Source of the DNA: a virus
IMG/VR virus record: IMGVR_UViG_3300042891_002337
Coordinates: 1 to 64,000 of that record
Strand: one strand, 5' to 3'
Length of the DNA stretch: 64,000 nt
Below, one piece after another: positions 1 through 10,221 of the stretch. Each line of letters opens with the position of its first letter. Within the stretch, counting starts at the first letter, position 1. Position numbers and translations under genes: made by a program. A model generated the notes under the pieces. It saw only the letters and a list, made by a program, of their open reading frames with translations, was not told where the DNA came from and ran no database searches.

Positions 1-325
1 CCCTCTGAGCAATCTTCTCAGCCTCCCAGGGCTTCACCTTTCCACCGTCGGCATTGTAGAGTCCAGGCTTTCCGAACCTCTTTCTGAAGGATGCTGCAGT
101 TTGCATCACTCCGGGAATTCCCCAAGTTCCACCCTTCGGCACATCTGGATTGTCAACATCGTCTATTGGTTCAAGAACGTCAGGAAGCTTCTCAGCCTGA
201 CGTCTCCGAGGTGGAACATAAGTAGCAGCTGCAGCTCTTGCGCTGGGTGTTATGTCCTGTGGACCCTCAGTGAGCTCCTCTCTGACAATTCTACGAAGTT
301 CTGTTTCTGTGATCCTCTTGGACAA
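1..325 (-). CDS. Hypothetical late protein with LTE..LR.I.REE-type leader (partial, runs off window start)
   Basis: Translated by hand: TTG start at 325, GGAGG at 331-335, MSKRITETELRRIVREELTEGPQD..., open to position 1. Not in the ORF track. Confidence 0.75.
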   Translation of the reverse strand, partial: MSKRITETELRRIVREELTEGPQDITPSARAAAATYVPPRRRQAEKLPDVLEPIDDVDNPDVPKGGTWGIPGVMQTAASFRKRFGKPGLYNADGGKVKPWEAEKIAQR

Positions 326-341
326 GATCGCCTCCACAAGG

Positions 342-349
342 ATATGTAT
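342..349. promoter_or_regulatory. Overlapping divergent late-type boxes (ATATGTA on +, ATACATA on -)
   Basis: Lies between the two divergent starts (325 and 354) and matches the [A/C]TAnnTA motif on both strands. Confidence 0.55.
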
Positions 350-353
350 AAGC

Positions 354-827
354 ATGCACACATTCAGTCACGCTGTAAAGCAATACATCGCAATCATCAG
401 GGCATGCCAGCTCTGGTTCCATGGGGCTCACCTCGCAAGCAGGGGAGCCGGATTCGTGGGTGACCACGCTGAACTCCTCTCGGAGATCTACACGGCACAC
501 ACCGGTCACCTCGATGCAACCATCGAGAAGGCAATCGGAATCACCAACGATGAGAGCTTCAGCTCACCGATTGAGACGACTGCAATGGCACTGAAGGTAC
601 TCGCTTCATTCCCACAGCCACACCAGGCCACGGCACTCGCAACCATGTCATTCGGTCTCAAGCTTGAGCAGCTCTACATTGAGTTCCTCAATGAGCTCTT
701 CAAGACCTTGGAGGACAGGGGAGAGCTGAGTCTCGGATTCAATGACTTCATCATGGCAGATGCGAACAACCATGAGTCATTTGTGTACAAGCTCCAGCAG
801 AGAACAAAGACTGAACTAGAGAACTAA
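354..827 (+). CDS. Dps/ferritin-like protein
   Basis: Dps-like spacing WFHGAH...DHAELLSEIY...LDATIEK; about 157 aa four-helix size; ATG at 354 preferred; only convincing + strand gene. Confidence 0.7.
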   Translation: MHTFSHAVKQYIAIIRACQLWFHGAHLASRGAGFVGDHAELLSEIYTAHTGHLDATIEKAIGITNDESFSSPIETTAMALKVLASFPQPHQATALATMSFGLKLEQLYIEFLNELFKTLEDRGELSLGFNDFIMADANNHESFVYKLQQRTKTELEN

Positions 828-848
828 AGAATTAGACAGAGAAAACTG

Positions 849-879
849 ATTCGGCCGCCCAATGGGCGGCCGAATTTTT
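849..879. terminator. Intrinsic terminator between convergent genes
   Basis: ATTCGGCCGCCC-AAT-GGGCGGCCGAAT followed by a T-run. Confidence 0.85.
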
Positions 880-894
880 ATTCGAATTCAGATC

Positions 895-1278
895 TTAGGT
901 GAGATCAAGGTCGATGAAGATCTGCGCAACCTGCATTGCAAGCTCAGGAGTCGCCTCCATGCCACGCTTCTTAGCCTGGTATTTGAACTCGCTGAGATTC
1001 AGTATCTTTTCGGTGACGGCTTCTAGACCAAGACTCTTCGTTCTTCTGAAGCTTGATGCATCGAACCAGCCTTGGCACTCTACTGCGATCTCCTCCACGG
1101 GTGTAGCTGTGCCTGTGACAACGGCACGAGATCCCATGCTGACTCGATCGCTCACGCCGATGAGCTTCGTTTTCTTGACTGTGAGTCCCTCGGTCACACG
1201 ATGAGGACGATGAGTGAGACTTGAGACCTCTTCACGGATGATCTGACGGAGACGGGATTCTGTAAGACGAATAGACAT
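895..1278 (-). CDS. Hypothetical protein with MSIRLTESRLRQIIREE leader
   Basis: AGGAG RBS; leader nearly identical to that of 1306..1773. Confidence 0.8.
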   Translation of the reverse strand: MSIRLTESRLRQIIREEVSSLTHRPHRVTEGLTVKKTKLIGVSDRVSMGSRAVVTGTATPVEEIAVECQGWFDASSFRRTKSLGLEAVTEKILNLSEFKYQAKKRGMEATPELAMQVAQIFIDLDLT

Positions 1279-1305
1279 TTGCGTACTCCTACGTAAGAAA
1301 GAGTC

Positions 1306-1773
1306 TCAGGTGTCCATCATTCTGCGTGAGACCTTGAGTCGCTTGATAAGATCAGTGCGTGGTGCATCACCTTCCATCTCTCCGAATGCATCTGCAAGCA
1401 TGCTCACAGTGGTGTCATCACCGTAGAACCTGAAGACCGGCATGCCGCCACCTGGGCCGCTTGGATTGATCATGACTGCGATATCCTCAGTGCCTGAGAG
1501 CGCACCCTGGAGCTCGGGGATCAGGTCAGCAAGATACTCGGCAACGTTCTCACCTGGCCCTGCTCCACCGATATCATCAGGCATAATATCGAGGTCGTAG
1601 TCGATGTAGTGAGTGGCGCCATAGTTGGCTGCCATGATGTCGGCCTCACGGGAGATTAAAGATCCCCTTGCCATCTCTGAGAGGCGACGAGTAGGACGAC
1701 GTGAACGGGAGAGCTTCGAGGCCTCCTCACGGATAATCTGGCGAAGCTTGGACTCAGTAAGACGAATAGCCAT
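1306..1773 (-). CDS. Hypothetical protein with MAIRLTESKLRQIIREE leader
   Basis: AGGAG RBS; late-type box ATAGATA at 1802-1808. Confidence 0.8.
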   Translation of the reverse strand: MAIRLTESKLRQIIREEASKLSRSRRPTRRLSEMARGSLISREADIMAANYGATHYIDYDLDIMPDDIGGAGPGENVAEYLADLIPELQGALSGTEDIAVMINPSGPGGGMPVFRFYGDDTTVSMLADAFGEMEGDAPRTDLIKRLKVSRRMMDT

Positions 1774-1821
1774 TTGATGATTCTCCTGAATGCGGTGTCA
1801 TTATCTATTCATCTGCGAGTT

Positions 1822-1856
1822 AAAACAACACGGGCCTGGCAAAAACCAGGCCCGTG
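1822..1856 (-). terminator. Intrinsic terminator
   Basis: CACGGGCCTGG-loop-CCAGGCCCGTG followed by TTGTTTT on the minus strand. Confidence 0.8.
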
Positions 1857-1876
1857 GAGGCTAGTGCCTCAGTCGA

Positions 1877-2068
1877 TCAGGTGCGACCCTGAGCGTCCGT
1901 GTCGTCACCGCTGATGTAGGGACGAGTGTTGGGACCACCACGAACCTGGAAGTAGCGACCGTTGTAGCGGACCACGGCATAGCCGGAACGCTGGACGGGA
2001 ACACGGACGATGGTCTCATTGGTGGAGGTAACGCGGATGCCGATGGGGGTGCGATTGCTGACGAACAT
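1877..2068 (-). CDS. Small hypothetical protein (63 aa, MFVSNRTPIG...)
   Basis: AAGGAG RBS, own promoter at 2124-2150, terminator downstream; the longer ORF-track start overlaps the upstream gene. Confidence 0.7.
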   Translation of the reverse strand: MFVSNRTPIGIRVTSTNETIVRVPVQRSGYAVVRYNGRYFQVRGGPNTRPYISGDDTDAQGRT

Positions 2069-2123
2069 GTGTACTTTGCTCCTTGGTTGTTGCTGAAGGT
2101 TTGTTGTCCCCTTCAGTGATTGA

Positions 2124-2150
2124 ATCATATTCAGTTGTTGAGGTTGTTCA
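2124..2150 (-). promoter_or_regulatory. Sigma70-like promoter TGAAC-N16-TATGAT
   Basis: Member of the recurring TGAAC class. Confidence 0.6.
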
Positions 2151-2153
2151 AGC

Positions 2154-2381
2154 TCAGGCGATTCGACCGTCAATCTCTTCGATATAGGTGTCGCACTCGT
2201 TCTCTGAGGCACCGAGCTTGGACTTGATCTTGACAATCTTGATTGCGGCCATGAGGGCCTTCATGTCGATCTTCTCCTTGAACTCCTCCACAAGGGCCTT
2301 GCGGTCCTCGGCAAGGAGCTTCTGCTCGTTCTCGATGGAAGTGAGTCGCTCAATGAATTCTGCTACAGTCGGGCTTGCCAT
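2154..2381 (-). CDS. GapR/DUF2312 (T4 DsbA-like) dsDNA-binding protein
   Basis: FIERLTSIENEQKLLAEDRKALVEEFK..IDMKAL..AIKIVK matches the family pattern. Confidence 0.7.
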   Translation of the reverse strand: MASPTVAEFIERLTSIENEQKLLAEDRKALVEEFKEKIDMKALMAAIKIVKIKSKLGASENECDTYIEEIDGRIA

Positions 2382-2390
2382 GTCTTTCTC

Positions 2391-2723
2391 TCAGTTCATA
2401 TCTTCGTCGTTCTGTTGATCAAAGTCCCCAACCTCCGTGACGAAACCGCAGGTGGGACATGTGAATTCTTTGACCTTGAGACCTACCTGTACAACATCAT
2501 TGATGTCACTCACGATATTGTAGAACTCCTGCAGGTCAAGGGCATTTACCTGAAACTTACTGTCACCGATTGTGAACAGGATCTCTCCTGACTCTTGGTC
2601 AAGGACAGCTTCATGTGGCAGCGGGATCTGCTTCAGTTGCTTGGGCTGTTGCTTCACTTGTTTCCTTCTTTGTTGCCTTTGTCTTGGGTTCAGGCGGTGG
2701 GGGTGGTGGGAACAGAGAATCAA
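2391..2723 (-). CDS. Hypothetical protein with CPTCG (true start probably near 2620)
   Basis: Fills the gap; N-terminus overlaps the upstream gene and is doubtful. Confidence 0.45.
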   Translation of the reverse strand: MILCSHHPHRLNPRQRQQRRKQVKQQPKQLKQIPLPHEAVLDQESGEILFTIGDSKFQVNALDLQEFYNIVSDINDVVQVGLKVKEFTCPTCGFVTEVGDFDQQNDEDMN

Positions 2724-2880
2724 ATGCGTCCTTCACGGAATCCAATGATGGGGGCTCAACACCTATTCCATCAAAGTATGCCTTCAGCTCCTCGTATGTT
2801 CGAGCGCCTGTGTCTCGAACAACCTTCACCATGTCCTTGATACCCCTACGGGCTGCGAAATTCTGCCAGGATCTTGCCAT
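2611..2880 (-). CDS. Hypothetical protein with poly-Pro linker
   Basis: AGGAGG RBS; late-type box ATAGTTA at 2896-2902. Confidence 0.7.
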   Translation of the reverse strand: MARSWQNFAARRGIKDMVKVVRDTGARTYEELKAYFDGIGVEPPSLDSVKDAFDSLFPPPPPPEPKTKATKKETSEATAQATEADPAAT

Positions 2881-2901
2881 CTTTCCTCCTTCCGATAACT
2901 A

Positions 2902-3204
2902 TCAGACCGGCTTCTTGATCCCATAGTGTTCTGCAAGCATAGAAAGGACAGCGTCCTGAAACCGAGGGTCGGACGCAGTCTTCATGGACTCACGGTCAAG
3001 GTCCTCACCCTTCATACCGTGAAGCTCACACATCGGACGAGCCAGTTTGTGGAGGCCGCGCAGGAGGATGTTCCGTGCCGTCGCATGGTTCATCTTGTCA
3101 CCATCGGCACTCATGATGTCCGCGATCTCACGGAAACCGAGGCCGCCATCAGAACCGACAGTGGCATATCCGTGCTGGGACTTGTGACCCTTGGGCATCA
3201 TCAA
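2902..3204 (-). CDS. Stand-alone sigma region 4.2-like HTH protein
   Basis: GFREIADIM...NHATARNILLRGLHKLARP resembles RpoD TLEEVG...TRERIRQIEAKALRKLRHP; start overlaps the sigma gene stop. Confidence 0.65.
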   Translation of the reverse strand: MMMPKGHKSQHGYATVGSDGGLGFREIADIMSADGDKMNHATARNILLRGLHKLARPMCELHGMKGEDLDRESMKTASDPRFQDAVLSMLAEHYGIKKPV

Positions 3205-3971
3205 ACACCTCCTGCGCGGGCATCCAGCTCCGCAAGTTCAGACTCAGTGATGGGGAAGTTGACATGGTCGGTGGGGTCTTCAGCGAGGCCGAACCGAAGT
3301 CGAATGACCTTTTCCTCGCGTGGAGTGAGGGTTGCCATCGCCTTGCGGAGGATCTCGGCAATACGTTCACGGTCGATCGACTCACCGGGGTCGGCGGCGT
3401 TCTCGTCCGGAATCACATCGCTGAGGCGTGGACCGTCGGGATCCCCAGGGGATGCACTCTGGTCCAGGGACATTGTTCCACGGTAGGTGTTCATGAGGGA
3501 CTGGTAGGTGTTGAGGGACACCCCCATGAACTCAGCCACCTCGTTGTCATTCGGAGGGGAGCCAAACTCCGTGGTGTAATCACGGATCATCATCTTGGCT
3601 CGGTAGTAGAACGCATTGGCCGAGGCCGGCATCCGAATGTTGGAGGACTGTTCAGTCACGTGGCTTGCCACAGCCTGTCGAATCCACCAAGATGCGTACG
3701 TGGAGAACTTGAATCCACGACGCCAGTCGAATCGATCCACCGCCTTGATGAGACCGACGTTGGACTCCTGAATCAGGTCCTCGAAAGCGGCGCCCTTGTT
3801 CATGTAGCGCTTGGCGATCGAGATGGCCAGTCGGAGGTTCGACGCGATCATAAGGTCTCGAGCTCGCTTGTCACCGGCCTCGATTGCTTGTGCCAGTCGG
3901 GCCTCGTCCTCACGGGTGAGAAGAGTGTACTTACCTACGTCCTTGAAGAATCCAGTCAGCATGTCCGCCAT
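3201..3971 (-). CDS. RNA polymerase sigma-70 family factor (RpoD/RpoS-like), regions 1.2-4.1 only
   Basis: LLTREDE, SNLRLAISIAKRY, DLIQE, FKFSTYASWWIRQA, LTPREEKVIRLRFGL. Confidence 0.93.
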   Translation of the reverse strand: MADMLTGFFKDVGKYTLLTREDEARLAQAIEAGDKRARDLMIASNLRLAISIAKRYMNKGAAFEDLIQESNVGLIKAVDRFDWRRGFKFSTYASWWIRQAVASHVTEQSSNIRMPASANAFYYRAKMMIRDYTTEFGSPPNDNEVAEFMGVSLNTYQSLMNTYRGTMSLDQSASPGDPDGPRLSDVIPDENAADPGESIDRERIAEILRKAMATLTPREEKVIRLRFGLAEDPTDHVNFPITESELAELDARAGGV

Positions 3972-4036
3972 GTTGCTTCCTTGTGTTGTGGGGGGAACCA
4001 GGAATCCCCCCATTTTCCATCACATTAGGAATATAA

Positions 4037-4273
4037 TCACATTTCGTACTGACGAACACCATTCTTTTCGAGATAAAGTGCGTGTGCACGACGGCGCGCC
4101 TCACGGACCTCAAGCTCTCGAGCAAAGTAGCACGCATCAACCTCGAGGTCAGGATGACTTCCGCCACGGCGACGGTCACGCTCGATGTAGGAAACCAGGG
4201 AGTTGTGCTTCTGAATGAGCTCCTCGTCTGGAATCATTGCGATATCATCAATGCTCAACACCTTCGACTTCAT
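4037..4273 (-). CDS. Hypothetical protein
   Basis: AAGGAG RBS, 78 aa. Confidence 0.65.
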   Translation of the reverse strand: MKSKVLSIDDIAMIPDEELIQKHNSLVSYIERDRRRGGSHPDLEVDACYFARELEVREARRRAHALYLEKNGVRQYEM

Positions 4274-4317
4274 TCTTTCTCCTTGTCGCTATTCATTATT
4301 GTCAGGTTGAACGATCT

Positions 4318-6092
<1,775 letters not shown>

Positions 6093-6105
6093 GTTGTCTC
6101 CTTTC

Positions 6106-6903
6106 TTATTGTACTTCACGGAACGTGTTGGTGAACTTGTTCCACGACTTATCATTTGCGATGGACCAGAATCCGCGACTAATGAATGCGGTCCTGACCT
6201 GTTCCCACTGATTGGACGGATACTTTGCCTCGAGCTCGTCCTCAATGGGAAGGAACGAGATGAGGAATCGATTGCGCTCGAAGATCTGCCGATTGTCACC
6301 CTCACTCAGGAAGGCGTCGAGCTTTGTAGGATTGCTGAGCAGCTTCTCTGCAGTCTTTCCACCGATGCCCTTGAATCCTGGGATGCCATCTGAACCGTCA
6401 CCGGTGAGGGACTTCCACATCACATAGTCGTATGCAACCGGCTCGATCCAAACCTTTCGAATCGGGTTCCAGAGGCGAACACGATCATTACCTGGTGTGA
6501 GGAGCTGAATGAAGTCTGTGTCCGATGAAACCACAACACAGGGATCCTCACTGTGAACGTTCCTCACAAGGTGAGCGATAGTGTCATCACACTCACGGTG
6601 TGGGTGGCGGACGATATGGACAGGCATCATTCCAAGGATTTCGACAATGTCGCTGTGTTGGCGCCAGAAGTCGTCTCCTGGTGAGGTTCGACCTGCCTTG
6701 TATTCAGCGAATGCGTCCTTGCGTTCCTGCGGACGACCTTCCTTTACGATGTAGACTCGACTCGGATCGAAAGTCTCCACGGTCTTACGAAACATCGTGA
6801 AGAACGTGTAGGTGATGGTGTTCTCACCCTTGTCTCCACTGAAACCTGCTCGGGCTCGATGGACCATGTTGTTGAAGTCGATGACCAGGATGGGCTTAGA
6901 CAT
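6106..6903 (-). CDS. 5'-3' exonuclease / flap endonuclease (T4 RNase H, T5 D15-like)
   Basis: YKAGR, ECDD, SSDTDFIQL, GDGSDGIPGFKGIGGKTA. Confidence 0.9.
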   Translation of the reverse strand: MSKPILVIDFNNMVHRARAGFSGDKGENTITYTFFTMFRKTVETFDPSRVYIVKEGRPQERKDAFAEYKAGRTSPGDDFWRQHSDIVEILGMMPVHIVRHPHRECDDTIAHLVRNVHSEDPCVVVSSDTDFIQLLTPGNDRVRLWNPIRKVWIEPVAYDYVMWKSLTGDGSDGIPGFKGIGGKTAEKLLSNPTKLDAFLSEGDNRQIFERNRFLISFLPIEDELEAKYPSNQWEQVRTAFISRGFWSIANDKSWNKFTNTFREVQ

Positions 6904-6910
6904 TTGTCTC

Positions 6911-7348
6911 CTATCGAAGTGCAGGTGGAAGTTTTACCTTGGCCCTTACCCCATTCTCTAGTAATATGGTTTCGTCCTCTTGGACACCCTCATCGTCACT
7001 TTCTTCGAAACTTCTTTCGAGGCGACTAACCTGTGGTGATTCCTGCTGCGGAAGTTCTCTAAACTCTCTTGCCTTGACAGAAAGCGCGCGCGCACACACC
7101 CTTTCAATGCCCCTTCTGGCATTCTCAAGAAGTGCTTCCTTTGCGTCCTCTAAAGAGGTGAAGACATTTTCAGGTGATTCATCAAGCGGAACAGGCTCCA
7201 GGTTTCTGTTCTCGCTCACTGACACCAGATAGGATCGCTTCTCTCCGTCGACCGTCCTGCGGACGACTTCCTCAACTACCCTTACGGGAACGAGTGATTG
7301 CTTATCCTTGAATACAATGAAAAGAAATTGTCCGACTTGGTACTGCAT
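6911..7348 (-). CDS. Hypothetical protein
   Basis: 145 aa; apparently leaderless, TAAGAT 5 nt upstream. Confidence 0.7.
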   Translation of the reverse strand: MQYQVGQFLFIVFKDKQSLVPVRVVEEVVRRTVDGEKRSYLVSVSENRNLEPVPLDESPENVFTSLEDAKEALLENARRGIERVCARALSVKAREFRELPQQESPQVSRLERSFEESDDEGVQEDETILLENGVRAKVKLPPALR

Positions 7349-7381
7349 GTATCATCTTACCAAGTCGGACAGGAATGTTCA
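7329..7381 (-). promoter_or_regulatory. Promoter TGAAC-N17-TAAGAT with 14-bp inverted repeat enclosing the start codon
   Basis: TGTCCGACTTGGTA (7329-7342) / TACCAAGTCGGACA (7358-7371). Confidence 0.75.
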
Positions 7382-7391
7382 ATAGAAAGGA

Positions 7392-7817
7392 TTACTTGAA
7401 ACCGATTCCCTTGAATCCCATTGTGACTCCGCGTGGTGCACCAGTCTTCTTGCCAAAAACCTGGCCCGATGCCCAGTTGGATGCAAGCTCGTCCCTGATG
7501 ATGCTCTTCATCTTTGAGTATGAAACTCCCTCTGAGGTGGCACCAAAGAGTCCTGCCATGTCGCCACCGGCTTCGCCGCCTTCCTCACCGGAGGCAGCCT
7601 CTCCACCTTCAGGTTCCTTGATTTCCATTCCAAGGGCGGTGGCGAGTTGCTTCACAGCATCCTTCAGGGCAGCCTGGTCAACCTTCTTCTCCTCCTCTGG
7701 AGGAGCCTCTTCCTCATGGAGCCTGGATTCTTTGAGAAGTCCGTTACCGCCTGATTCAGGAAGGCCTGCAAGCTTTAGCATCCTGTTTGCGTCAAAGTTC
7801 ATAATAACCTCTGACAC
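7392..7817 (-). CDS. Hypothetical acidic late protein (RMLKLAGL motif)
   Basis: Late-type box at 7818-7824; the ATG near 7802 may be the real start. Confidence 0.7.
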   Translation of the reverse strand: MSEVIMNFDANRMLKLAGLPESGGNGLLKESRLHEEEAPPEEEKKVDQAALKDAVKQLATALGMEIKEPEGGEAASGEEGGEAGGDMAGLFGATSEGVSYSKMKSIIRDELASNWASGQVFGKKTGAPRGVTMGFKGIGFK

Positions 7818-7823
7818 TAACTA

Positions 7824-8468
7824 TTACAGACTCTCCAATCTTACACCATAACGGGGGACACCACTCTCGATTGCAAGAACTTTCTCTTCAAGCTTCTTCT
7901 TTGTCTTTACAGCTCGAGGTGAGCAATCAGCAATCTTCTTCAAATGCTGGGCTTTATGCAACTCAGAAACATTCTCAAGGAACCCGATGATAGGCCTGCA
8001 TTTGTGAGCAGCTCGACCTTTGATCATCTGAACCTTGCCCTTGCTTCCTGGGTGAGGGTTTCGAAAGTCATCCTTGACAAGACCTTCAAACAGGAACACG
8101 CCATATTCCTTGAAGTCCTTGTCGATCACAACGTAGAGATAGTCTCTGCCGTCACTTAAAGAGTGAGCGTCTGCCTGGAATGTGATGGAGCCCTCTGCAT
8201 TGGGGGATGTGAGCTTGCACTCCACTTCCTTTCCAATCTCGGGAATGTGAATGTCAGGCTGTCCTGTTCTTCCATCAGCGGTTGCGGTGGGAAACTTCTT
8301 TCGAATCTCCCTTGCAAAGAACTCTTCCTGTGAGTGCGACAGGAGGTTATTGCGACGACCAACGTTGTTCGAGAAACTGAGTCCGTACTTGTTGAAGACA
8401 TCATCAAGGTCACTTGAGAGTGACTTCATTGACATGAGAGCGTTGACAGCAGATTCACGTGTAATCAA
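7824..8468 (-). CDS. PD-(D/E)xK restriction endonuclease-like protein
   Basis: GQPDIHIPEIGKEVECKLT motif. Confidence 0.6.
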   Translation of the reverse strand: MITRESAVNALMSMKSLSSDLDDVFNKYGLSFSNNVGRRNNLLSHSQEEFFAREIRKKFPTATADGRTGQPDIHIPEIGKEVECKLTSPNAEGSITFQADAHSLSDGRDYLYVVIDKDFKEYGVFLFEGLVKDDFRNPHPGSKGKVQMIKGRAAHKCRPIIGFLENVSELHKAQHLKKIADCSPRAVKTKKKLEEKVLAIESGVPRYGVRLESL

Positions 8469-8470
8469 AG

Positions 8471-8511
8471 AACCTCCTGTTCAAATCATAACAGGAGTTA
8501 CGATAAGTTCA
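8471..8511 (-). promoter_or_regulatory. Promoter TGAAC-N16-TATGAT with RBS-sequestering hairpin
   Basis: Minus strand AACTCCTGTT-atgatttg-AACAGGAGGTT. Confidence 0.7.
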
Positions 8512-8856
8512 ACCGATCTCGCCGCCAACGTTCTTTGCAACATTCATCGTGATCTTCTTTCCAGCTGCCTCAGCTTCCTTCAGGGGTTGGAGTCCAAAGC
8601 ACTTCCTAACCTCATCGTAAGTAGACTCAGGAAGCCTGTCCTTCAGGATCTTCATGTCTGCGAACTGCCTCAGATCCATTTCCATTACAGGGAGCTCCTC
8701 ACCCTTGGGACCAGGCTCAAACTCACCGGTAGCCCTGTTGACGAAGATGAACAGCATGGCCGGATCCTCTTCGTTGTTAGGGACATTGATGAACGGAATG
8801 TTAGAGTCTTCCTCGTAACAGATTTCAGGGATCCACTTGCTAGATTTTGTCTTCAT
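8509..8856 (-). CDS. Hypothetical protein
   Basis: 115 aa; TAGGTT 5 nt upstream of ATG. Confidence 0.7.
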   Translation of the reverse strand: MKTKSSKWIPEICYEEDSNIPFINVPNNEEDPAMLFIFVNRATGEFEPGPKGEELPVMEMDLRQFADMKILKDRLPESTYDEVRKCFGLQPLKEAEAAGKKITMNVAKNVGGEIG

Positions 8857-8874
8857 GTTGAAACCTACACAATG

Positions 8875-10221
8875 TCAGGGAGACGTATCCACCTTTATCT
8901 GATTTTGGAATTTGATTCCTGCATTCTCAATCTTGCTTCTTGCTGCCTTGAAGACATTTCCAAACTCACTCTTCATGAGGATTTCTTTGTCATCTGCGTT
9001 CTTTGGCATGAATGTTTCATCAAACTTCTTGAGAGTTTCTTGTTTAGCACTTGCCATCGTTGATTGAACCTGGTTCTTGGAGTCAGTCACAATCTTTGAC
9101 ATTATTGTCTTTGTGACTATCTCCTGAGCAGCAGCTTTCTTTTCTTCGTCTGTCGGAGACTTGGGATCTTTTGGCTTGACAACGGATGTCACGAAAAGAT
9201 CGGAGATCTTTCCACTTTCTTCGGCCTTCAGGAGAGTCTCATCGGTCAATTGCTTGATCCTGTCAGGCTTTAGTTGCTCAACACCTGAGACCTTGAAGCC
9301 GACCTTTGTCATCTCATTGAGAATGCCATACATCTCGTTCGGTGTCTTTGCTGCCGATAGGCTTACGATCAGACTGTAAGGTTGCTCAAATTTCATTGCA
9401 AGCTCGTCAGCCATTTGATTCATGTCTTGCTCTACTTGCTTTGCTGATGACTTCACGCCAAGCTTCTCAAGATCTACCTGCTTCATGAAGTGTTCGACGG
9501 CAATCTTGAACTCTTCCTTAGTGAGAGGAGTAGTGACATCCTGCTTTGCTTCTATCAAAATAGGAAGCTCACCGTACGAATAGAATTCAGTTGCTGTTGG
9601 TGGCCTGGGCCTGTCCAATCCGGAAACTCTAAGAGGAGGTGCACGCATAAGCCTTGGGTCTAGAGATATTCCAAAAGCCCTATTCAGCCTGTTCTCAATC
9701 TGCCTTGCATTTCTTGAAGGAGCCGAGCCTCTTCCTCCTCCCATCGCTCCTCCATAGTTGAATCCCATGGAATAGTTGATGCGATTGTTCATAAGAGACG
9801 CAGTGTCCCTGGCGCCCGGAGGACCGATGTCGAACGGATTGAGGCTGTCGCCTGTCGATTCCTGATAAAAGTCTATGAAGTTACGAAGAGCGCCTGGACC
9901 TCCTGCAAGCAATCGAGCACCGAGGACATAATCAGGACTGAACACAAATGAAAACAGGTTCATGTCACCAGATGTTGCTTCAATCTTTGACATGATCTCA
10001 GACGACTTTGCGTTGAGAGACTTCATTCTGTCATAGTATTTGTCGATAATCTCAAACACTTTCTTGTTATCAAACGTGAAGACCAGCTTGACGGCAGTAA
10101 CAGCAACATTCAGGAATTGAGCAAATGTGTTCTTCACAACATCTAGCAAATTTTCAAACGGCTCTGTCCAAGAAGACACAACAGAACTCTCAGCTTCTAA
10201 TAGAACTACCTTCCTGTTCAT
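8875..10221 (-). CDS. Hypothetical protein (late cluster, possibly virion-internal)
   Basis: 448 aa; coupled to the upstream gene. Confidence 0.75.
   Translation of the reverse strand: MNRKVVLLEAESSVVSSWTEPFENLLDVVKNTFAQFLNVAVTAVKLVFTFDNKKVFEIIDKYYDRMKSLNAKSSEIMSKIEATSGDMNLFSFVFSPDYVLGARLLAGGPGALRNFIDFYQESTGDSLNPFDIGPPGARDTASLMNNRINYSMGFNYGGAMGGGRGSAPSRNARQIENRLNRAFGISLDPRLMRAPPLRVSGLDRPRPPTATEFYSYGELPILIEAKQDVTTPLTKEEFKIAVEHFMKQVDLEKLGVKSSAKQVEQDMNQMADELAMKFEQPYSLIVSLSAAKTPNEMYGILNEMTKVGFKVSGVEQLKPDRIKQLTDETLLKAEESGKISDLFVTSVVKPKDPKSPTDEEKKAAAQEIVTKTIMSKIVTDSKNQVQSTMASAKQETLKKFDETFMPKNADDKEILMKSEFGNVFKAARSKIENAGIKFQNQIKVDTSP

Noticed and set aside
252-353. N-terminal extension of the Dps-like ORF given in the ORF track
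   Set aside because: Overlaps the divergent gene starting at 325; ATG 354 fits the promoter spacing.
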